NCBI GenBank assembly: GCA_029547025.1 | Contig: JAKPQA010000085.1 | Span: 6,585-70,584 of the forward strand | DNA: 64,000 nt | DNA from: Armatimonadota bacterium | GTDB lineage: Bacteria; Armatimonadota; Zipacnadia; UBA1398; JAKPQA01 | Direction of reading: 5' to 3' | Part shown: positions 57,549-64,000 of the stretch, one piece after another | Layout: every line of letters begins with the position of its first letter | Position numbering within the stretch: position 1 is the first letter of the stretch | Translations under genes and position numbers: made by a program | Notes under the pieces: model-generated | Told to the model about the DNA's origin: nothing | The model's input: the letters and a program-made list of their open reading frames with translations, nothing else | The model's database searches: none

Positions 57549-59012
57549 ATGCGCAACACCAGCCAACGACCCGATGAGCATCGCATCACCCGCCGCGACT
57601 TCGTCCGCTCTGCCGCCCTGACGGCCGGCGCGGTCGGCCTCGCCGGCACGATGGGACACGCACAGGAGGCAGACCCGGTGGCAGAACAGGGACCGATCCG
57701 ATCGCGATTCCTCTGGACGTGGGACCACTGCACCACATGGGCGCTCAACCGCGCCGGCGGACACGACATGGGCGCCTCGAACGATTACGGACGCACCACC
57801 GAATCGTTCATCGCCGACTACTCATCTGCGCTCCGCTGGTGCGGCAAGCACGGCATCGAGGGCATCGTCGTCTGGGGGCTGCTCAGGGACCGCCACGGCG
57901 GGCTCGAATCGGTGAAGCGCCTCTGCGAGGTCGCCAAGGAGAGCGGGACCAAGCTGTTGGCCGGCGTCGGGCTCAACGCCTACGGCGGCGTTTACTACGA
58001 GGGCAACTCACCGTGGTCACTCGAGCAGCACCTGAAGGCCAACCCGGAGCTCTATGGGATCGACGCCAAGGGCGAGCGGATGATCTTCGACTTCGGCTTC
58101 GCCGGGCAGAAGCTGTGCCATCACGCGTGCCCCTCGCGCCCCGAGAACCAGGAGTACGCGGCCGAGTCGCTCCGCTGGCTGATGGAGACCACCGACATCG
58201 ACGGCGTCCAGATGGAGGCCGGCGATACGGGCGTCTGCCAGTGCCCGACCTGCAAGGCGCGGCGCAGGCACCCCGTGTCGGGCTTCTCGTGGGAGGACAT
58301 GGCCCTGATCTACGCCAAGGCCACAGAGGCCATCCGGTCGGTGCGGCCCGAGGCGACCGTCATCGTCGAGACCTACTCACATCCGCAGCCCCACGAAAAC
58401 CCTGAAGAGGCCCCCGGGTTCGGCGGGGGCGCCCCCGAGTGGGCGGGCGAATGCCTGGCTCAGTTCCCCGAGGGCGTGTTCGTCCAGTGGGTGTGTGACC
58501 AGTACATCGCGCCCACGCGTGCCCGCGAGTGGACGGATGCGGGACGACCGCCGGCCGGCCCCAGGCGCCACATCATGCGTGCCCACATGGGGACCTACTG
58601 GCATCGCTACCGTGACGAGCTGGCGATTGACTGGATCGCTGAGATGGCCGGGCGGAGCGCCACCCACGGGTTCGATGCGCTGTCGATCTTCGGCGAGAGC
58701 TCGCCGTTCCACGCCGGATCGGAGCTCAACTACCTGGCCCTGGCCGACTACGGTTCGGACAGCAACCCGGCGTGTGAGCTCAGTTCGTTCCTCGACCGGG
58801 TCGCGGCGCCCCTTTTGGGCGGGCCGGAGCGGGCACGGCGGTTCCTCGAGATCGCGCGGCTCATCGACCACCGGGAGCAGATCCCGGAGGCCCTGGCCGA
58901 CGGCCGGCGCATCGCGGCCGACCTGTCTGGCCGCCCGGCGCAGCGCTGGACGTGGCTGTGCAACTACCTGGCCTCGTTCATCTACCCCGAGCCGCCGCTT
59001 GGGGACGACTGA
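57549..59012 (+). CDS. Tat-exported hypothetical protein with Cys-rich motifs (CHHAC, CQCPTCK)
   Basis: A twin-arginine signal RRDFVRSAALTAGAVGLAGTMGHA is present. Alpha/beta-barrel-like periodicity suggests a glycosidase-like fold. No family was assigned. Confidence 0.45.
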   Translation: MRNTSQRPDEHRITRRDFVRSAALTAGAVGLAGTMGHAQEADPVAEQGPIRSRFLWTWDHCTTWALNRAGGHDMGASNDYGRTTESFIADYSSALRWCGKHGIEGIVVWGLLRDRHGGLESVKRLCEVAKESGTKLLAGVGLNAYGGVYYEGNSPWSLEQHLKANPELYGIDAKGERMIFDFGFAGQKLCHHACPSRPENQEYAAESLRWLMETTDIDGVQMEAGDTGVCQCPTCKARRRHPVSGFSWEDMALIYAKATEAIRSVRPEATVIVETYSHPQPHENPEEAPGFGGGAPEWAGECLAQFPEGVFVQWVCDQYIAPTRAREWTDAGRPPAGPRRHIMRAHMGTYWHRYRDELAIDWIAEMAGRSATHGFDALSIFGESSPFHAGSELNYLALADYGSDSNPACELSSFLDRVAAPLLGGPERARRFLEIARLIDHREQIPEALADGRRIAADLSGRPAQRWTWLCNYLASFIYPEPPLGDD

Positions 59013-59046
59013 CGCGGCCGCGCTAGCACCCGCATTGGAGGTGGCG

Positions 59047-59718
59047 ATGGTGAAGGTCCTCGGGATCCTGGGATCACCGCACGCGCAGGGCAACACCGTA
59101 CTGCTGCTCGACGCCGTGCTCGAGGGCGCCGCTGCAGAGGGCGCAGAGACGGAGAAGGTCGAGCTGGCGAAGCTCGATCTCAGGTTCTGCATCGGGTGCG
59201 GCCGGTGCTACGCCGCCGGCAGCTGCATCCACGACGACGGCGTGGCTGCCGTGCAGAGGCGGATGGTCGATGCCGATGGTGTGGTGCTGGCCAGCCCCAA
59301 CTACATGCACTCGGTGACCGCGCAGATGAAGGCCTTCATGGACCGCTGCAGTCTCCACGTGCACTGTTTCTTGCTGACCGGGAAGTACGGCGCCGGCGTG
59401 GCCACGGCGGGTGGCGGGGGCGAAGAGCGCGTCGCGGGTTTTGAGAACGAGTTCCTGCGGCTCTGCGGCGCTCAGACCGTGGGCATCGCCGCCGCACTGG
59501 CGGCCGGACCGGCGGCGCTGCGAGACCAGGAGGCCGCGCTCGCCGGGGGGCGGGACCTGGGCGCCGACTTGGTGGCCGCGATCCGCGAGCGCAGGCAGTA
59601 CCCCGATCAGGCGGAAGAGCACGCGGCCTTCGCGGGGCGGATGAAGCAGCTTGTTGCCCGCATGGCCGAACACGCTCCGTTCCAGTATGAGTACTGGGAG
59701 AAGATGGGGTGGCTGTAG
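59047..59718 (+). CDS. flavodoxin-like NAD(P)H-dependent FMN reductase / iron-sulfur flavoprotein family
   Basis: The flavodoxin-like N-terminus VKVLGILGSPHAQGNT is present, along with LASPNYMHSVTAQMKAFMDR and a CxxC..C cluster (CIGCGRCYAAGSC). Confidence 0.6.
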   Translation: MVKVLGILGSPHAQGNTVLLLDAVLEGAAAEGAETEKVELAKLDLRFCIGCGRCYAAGSCIHDDGVAAVQRRMVDADGVVLASPNYMHSVTAQMKAFMDRCSLHVHCFLLTGKYGAGVATAGGGGEERVAGFENEFLRLCGAQTVGIAAALAAGPAALRDQEAALAGGRDLGADLVAAIRERRQYPDQAEEHAAFAGRMKQLVARMAEHAPFQYEYWEKMGWL

Positions 59719-59746
59719 GCGGTTCGGGCCCAAGGGGTGGCTTGCC

Positions 59747-61144
59747 GTGCCGAAACCGAGGATTGCCATCGCCGGCATCGGGCACGAGAGCAACACGTAC
59801 TCGACACGCATGACGGGGCGAGCGGATTTCCGCATCCTGCGCGGGCCGGAGATTGGGGACGACGCGTCACTGCCTGCGGCCGCGGAGGTGGACTGGGCGC
59901 CAGCCCTGGTGGCCTACGCGGCACCGAACGGGATCGTCGCGCGCGATGCCTACGAGGCGCTCAAGGCCGAGCTCCTCGAGCGACTCAGCGCCGCCACGCC
60001 CCTCGATGGCGTCCTGCTGCGCCTGCACGGGGCCATGGAGGTTGAGGGGATCGGTGACGGCGAGACGGACCTCTTGATGGGCGTTCGCGACGCGGTTGGG
60101 CCGGACGCGCTCGTGTCCGGGCGGCTTGACCTGCATGCGAACCTGTCGCCCCTCGCCGCCGCGACCGCCGACGTGCTGACCGCGCACCGCACCGCACCGC
60201 ATGTGGACGCGCGGGAGACGCTGGGCCGGGCGGCTCGCCACCTGATCCGAGCGCTGGCCGACCGGCTGCGCCCACGCAACTGCCTGGTGAAGCTGCCCCT
60301 GCGCCTTCCGGGCGAGTTCGCGGTGACGGATCACGAGCCGGCCCGGTCGCTCTACGCCCGGTTGGTGGAGCTGGAGTGCCACCCGGGCATCCTCGATGCG
60401 TCCCTGGCCATCGGGTGCGCCTGGACCGATTCCGCGCATGCGGGTGTCGGCACGTGGTTGGTGGCGGAGTCGGAACCTCACCAGGCCCGCGCGCTGGCAC
60501 TGGCGCAGGAGTTCGCCGAGACCATCTGGCGCCGGCGCGGGGAGTTCGGGCCCGACGTGCCCACGGGCGAGCTGCCCGTCGTGCTCGAGCGCGCGCTGGC
60601 CAGCGCTCAGCGCCCCGTGGTCATCGCTGACTCCGGCGACAACCCCGGCGCCGGCGGGGCGGGGGACACGACGGTCGTGCTCGAGGCGCTGCTAGCGGCG
60701 GGCGTCACCGGGGCACTGGTGGCAGGCATCGCGGATGCAGAGGCCGTCGGGGCCTGCTGCCGAGCCGGCGAAGGCGAGTCCGCCACACTGGCACTGGGCG
60801 GGAAGCTGGACCGGACCAGCGGCCGGCCACTCGAACTGCGCGTCGAGGTTGAGCGCGTGGTCCCTGGGGTTCTGGCCGTGGTCCGCGCCGAGGGTGTACG
60901 CCTCATCATCACGTCATCGAGGAGCCAGCTCTCGGAGGAGAGCCACTACCTGGAGGCCGGCCTGGATCCCTCGGCCTACCGGATAGTCGTGGTCAAGTGC
61001 GGGTACATGTCCAGCTACCTGAAAGGCATCGCGGGTGAGCGGCTAATGGCGCTAACGCCGGGCTTCACCACACTCCGCCCGGCGTGTGTCGTCGATCGGG
61101 CAACCGGATGGGCCACGCCGGCCCCGGGGGGGTGGGGCGGGTAG
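59747..61144 (+). CDS. M81-family metallopeptidase (MlrC/microcystinase-C-like; DUF1485+DUF1446)
   Basis: The MlrC N-terminus RIAIAGIGHESNTYS is present. A putative GTG start at 59747 has AAGGGG at -9. No in-frame ATG lies outside the upstream gene. Confidence 0.6.
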   Translation: MPKPRIAIAGIGHESNTYSTRMTGRADFRILRGPEIGDDASLPAAAEVDWAPALVAYAAPNGIVARDAYEALKAELLERLSAATPLDGVLLRLHGAMEVEGIGDGETDLLMGVRDAVGPDALVSGRLDLHANLSPLAAATADVLTAHRTAPHVDARETLGRAARHLIRALADRLRPRNCLVKLPLRLPGEFAVTDHEPARSLYARLVELECHPGILDASLAIGCAWTDSAHAGVGTWLVAESEPHQARALALAQEFAETIWRRRGEFGPDVPTGELPVVLERALASAQRPVVIADSGDNPGAGGAGDTTVVLEALLAAGVTGALVAGIADAEAVGACCRAGEGESATLALGGKLDRTSGRPLELRVEVERVVPGVLAVVRAEGVRLIITSSRSQLSEESHYLEAGLDPSAYRIVVVKCGYMSSYLKGIAGERLMALTPGFTTLRPACVVDRATGWATPAPGGWGG

Positions 61145-61288
61145 ACGAGGCGATGCCGAGAACGCCTCGCGAGAGCCGTGGGGACTCCCGCTCGCGCCGC
61201 CCTTGGTCGCGCCGCGCGAACGCGACGGCTCAGGAACGACGGCCTTGGGGGCCTGAGATGTGGGCGCGGGGCCTGCCTCGCCCTGGCT

Positions 61289-62317
61289 TCACCCGACCGG
61301 AAACCACCTGCGTACCTGCCGCCAGAGTCCGGCGCCCTGGCCGCGCCGGATCTGGTCGAACAGTACTGCGGCGAGGAGGATGAGGCCGCGAGCGACATAC
61401 TGGTAGAAGGTCTCCACATTCCGGAGATTCATGGCGTTCTGGACCGCCCCCATGACCAAGACGCCGATGATCACCCCATGAATGGTCCCCACGCCGCCCG
61501 AGAGCGAGACCCCTCCGAGAACACATGCCGAGATGACGTCGAGCGACAAGCCCACCGAGCAGTTGGGCTGACCACTCGTCATGCGCGCCGCCAGCACCAC
61601 GCCAGCGAGGCCGGCCATAAGCCCTTGCATGGTGAAGATCAGGATCTTGAGGCGGTCCACTGGGATACCCGCCAACCGGGCTGCTTCGGCGTTGCCGCCA
61701 ATGGCGAGGGTGTTCGGACCAAGAGTCGTCCGGACCAGCAGGATCCCAAAGAACAGGAAACACAGCAGGGTGATGAACACGGGGTTTGGGATGGGGCCGA
61801 TGGTGCCGGTGCCGAGCGGGAAGAACCGGTCGTTGTAAATCGCTACTGCCTCGCCCTTGGAGATGATAAACCCGAGTCCACGAACGATCTGCATCGTCGC
61901 CAGCGTGGCAATCAGGGCGTTGATGCGCAGCTTCGCGATGAGGACGCCGTTCACGAGACCGACGATGCCGCCCGCCAGGACGCCTCCCGCGATGCCCATG
62001 GGAACACTGTCGGTGGCGTTGATCAACACGGCGGCCAGCACGCCCGAGGCCGCCACGACCGACTCGATGGAGAGATCGAAATCGCCCGAGGCCAAGCAGA
62101 AGAGCATGGTGCAGGCCACCATGCCGACCGTGGAGACCGAGAGAGCCAGGGCTTCCATGTTCCGCACGGTGAAGAACGCGGGGACCCAGAGCTTCAGCCC
62201 CACGAGCAGTGCCAGGATGACGACCAGCAGGGCAGCGTTTTGCCAAAGCAGGCCGAGCACCCGCGTGCCGAGTGGCGCGGGCAACGTCGACGGTGCGGTA
62301 GAGCGGTCCATAGTCAC
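61289..62317 (-). CDS. sugar ABC transporter permease (RbsC/XylH-type, ~10 TM)
   Basis: Multiple hydrophobic helices and a conserved EAA-like loop region are present. It lies adjacent to a two-domain ABC ATPase. The GTG start at 62317 is uncertain; an alternative ATG is at 62311. Confidence 0.8.
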   Translation of the reverse strand: MTMDRSTAPSTLPAPLGTRVLGLLWQNAALLVVILALLVGLKLWVPAFFTVRNMEALALSVSTVGMVACTMLFCLASGDFDLSIESVVAASGVLAAVLINATDSVPMGIAGGVLAGGIVGLVNGVLIAKLRINALIATLATMQIVRGLGFIISKGEAVAIYNDRFFPLGTGTIGPIPNPVFITLLCFLFFGILLVRTTLGPNTLAIGGNAEAARLAGIPVDRLKILIFTMQGLMAGLAGVVLAARMTSGQPNCSVGLSLDVISACVLGGVSLSGGVGTIHGVIIGVLVMGAVQNAMNLRNVETFYQYVARGLILLAAVLFDQIRRGQGAGLWRQVRRWFPVG

Positions 62318-62326
62318 TCCCCGAGC

Positions 62327-63844
62327 CTATCGTGTGCCCGACGGCGTCGCCTCAATGTCAGGCAGCGCGAGGCGAAGGACAGTCTGTTCGTCGGCGGCGG
62401 AGCGAGGCAGTTGCGCCACGATCCGGCCGCCGCGCATGACGAGGACTCGGTCCGAGATCCCGAGCACCTCGGACAGATCACTCGATGCAACCAAGACGGC
62501 CAGGCCCTGCGCGGCCAGCCGTGCTATGGTGGCGTACATCTCGCTCTTGGCGCCCACGTCGATGCCGCGCGTCGGCTCGTCGAGCAGGAGCACGCGCACC
62601 GGGCACGAGAGTGAGCGCGCCAGCAGCAGCTTCTGCTGGTTCCCACCCGAGAGCGTGGATGCGAACTGCCGTAGTGACGCAGCGCGAACATCGAGCAATC
62701 TCGCGTGTCGCTCAGCGTTCTCCCATTCCTTCCGCGGCCGGAGAAACCCGAGCCGCGCGAGGGAATGACGAGCGGTCAGATTGATGTTGTCGGCCACCGA
62801 CCGCTCGGGCACGATGCCTTCCTTCTTCCGGTCCTCAGGGCAGAACGCCAGGCCGGCGCGGACCGCGGCCCCGGGGCTGTTGGCGCGCACCTCCTGCCCA
62901 TCGATCGCCACCGTGCCGCCCTGACGAGTCACGGCGCCAAAGAGACACTTGAGCAGCTCGGTGCGGCCGGCGCCGACCAGTCCGAACAGGCCCACGACCT
63001 CGCCTCGCGCCACCGTCAGATCAAGCGGCGCGGGGATCCCGGGGCCCACGAGACCACGGACCACCAGACGGGCGTCGCCCGTCTGGCGCGGAGAGTAATG
63101 GTACACATCCCGGATGTCGCGCCCCACCATCCGACTCACGAGCACATCGGTGGACAAGCCCTGCAGGGAATCGAAACTGCCGACAACACGACCGTCGCGG
63201 AACACGGTAGCCGAGTCGCAGACCTGGAAGATCTCCTGCAGGCGATGGGAGACGTAGATCACCACACGACCGTCGCGTCGCAGGGAGGCGATCACTTCGA
63301 AGAGCCTCTCGACCTCGCGGTCCGAGAGGCTGCTCGTCGGCTCGTCGAATGCCATGATCTTGGCATCGCGGGCCAGCGCCTTGGCAATCTCGACGACCTG
63401 CCGTTGAGCCACGGGCAGTCGGCCCACTCGAACGTTCGGGTCGATGTCCTCTCCGAGCCGGGCCAAGTGCTCGGAGGCCGCGCGCCGGGCGGCGCCCCTG
63501 TCGAGCCACCCAGCTGTGGCGGGCATGTGCCCAAGATAGATGTTCTCAGCCACCGACAGATCGGGCACGAGCTGCAGTTCCTGGTGGATAACCGCCACAC
63601 CCGCACGGAATGCGTCGGCCGTGGACCGGAACGACTGGAGCCGCCCGCCGAACCGAAGCGCGCCGGCATCGGGGGCGTGGACGCCTCCCAGGATCTTCAG
63701 GAGGGTCGACTTCCCCGCCCCGTTCTCACCGATGAGCGCATGCACCGACCCCTCGGCGACACTCAGCGACACGGAATCGAGCGCCTGGACACCCGGGAAC
63801 GCTTTGCTGACCGCGTCGAACTCAAGGTAAGGCCTGGAGCCCAA
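62327..63844 (-). CDS. sugar ABC transporter ATP-binding protein with duplicated ABC domains (RbsA/XylG/MglA-type)
   Basis: Two Walker A motifs (GENGAGKST, GLVGAGRTE) and two ABC signature motifs (LSGGNQQK and LSDREVE-region) are present. A putative TTG start is at 63844. Confidence 0.85.
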   Translation of the reverse strand: MGSRPYLEFDAVSKAFPGVQALDSVSLSVAEGSVHALIGENGAGKSTLLKILGGVHAPDAGALRFGGRLQSFRSTADAFRAGVAVIHQELQLVPDLSVAENIYLGHMPATAGWLDRGAARRAASEHLARLGEDIDPNVRVGRLPVAQRQVVEIAKALARDAKIMAFDEPTSSLSDREVERLFEVIASLRRDGRVVIYVSHRLQEIFQVCDSATVFRDGRVVGSFDSLQGLSTDVLVSRMVGRDIRDVYHYSPRQTGDARLVVRGLVGPGIPAPLDLTVARGEVVGLFGLVGAGRTELLKCLFGAVTRQGGTVAIDGQEVRANSPGAAVRAGLAFCPEDRKKEGIVPERSVADNINLTARHSLARLGFLRPRKEWENAERHARLLDVRAASLRQFASTLSGGNQQKLLLARSLSCPVRVLLLDEPTRGIDVGAKSEMYATIARLAAQGLAVLVASSDLSEVLGISDRVLVMRGGRIVAQLPRSAADEQTVLRLALPDIEATPSGTR

Positions 63845-63892
63845 CTGGGCACATCCATCCCTTCGCCACGGGCCGCGGGGCGCTTCAGTCGA

Positions 63893-64000
63893 GTAGGCCC
63901 TGCTCGGTCATCACCTTGCGGCACGTGTCCCGGGTCACTACCGTGGCTTCAGTGAGAGTCATCTTGGGGGGCTCCTTGCCCTCGGTGATCCACTTGAACA
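63893..64000 (-). CDS. C-terminal fragment of probable sugar ABC substrate-binding protein (gene continues beyond window)
   Basis: The open frame ...WITEGKEPPKMTLTEATVVTRDTCRKVMTEQGLLD* ends 48 nt upstream of the ATPase gene. Position and orientation fit an SBP-ATPase-permease operon. Confidence 0.35.

Overview
This is a gene-dense, high-GC 64 kb window (roughly two-thirds G+C by eye) that reads as bacterial chromosome. No rRNA, tRNA, CRISPR array, integrase or transposase was recognised. Coding is dominated by carbohydrate-active enzymes (CAZymes), which I called by motif: a GH38-like alpha-mannosidase, two sialidase-superfamily proteins with BNR (Asp-box) repeats, a GH42-like enzyme with a carbohydrate-binding module (CBM), a GH116-like, a GH5-like, a GH32 enzyme adjacent to a DUF2961 (GH172 family) protein, and a pectate-lyase-fold beta-helix protein. 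Many are secreted and carry N-terminal ConA/LamG-like modules. Other content includes a sugar ABC transporter, a dehydrogenase block and an aminotransferase. Three things stand out as unusual. First, a [FeFe]-hydrogenase HydA-HydC-HydB set (14.0-22.4 kb) is physically interleaved with a membrane sensor kinase, a CheY-like regulator and a REC-PAS-kinase hybrid, with a perfect TGTGA-N6-TCACA palindrome upstream; HydA also carries a non-canonical H-cluster P2 motif. Second, a tandem triplication of small type-II membrane-anchored proteins with a conserved ~130-aa core and divergent basic Gly/Pro/Lys-rich tails (37.4-39.3 kb) matches no family I can name. Third, a ~58-nt intergenic repeat (~85% identical) sits at the 3' ends of two minus-strand genes, and its helix is better preserved on the minus-strand RNA. 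Other points of interest are a small PTP/DSP-type phosphatase translationally coupled inside a glycoside-hydrolase operon, a probable 5'-truncated hydrolase remnant, and a short direct-repeat motif at convergent gene ends. All family calls rest on motif recognition from the translated sequence. Computed many-kb reverse-strand shadow ORFs were rejected.
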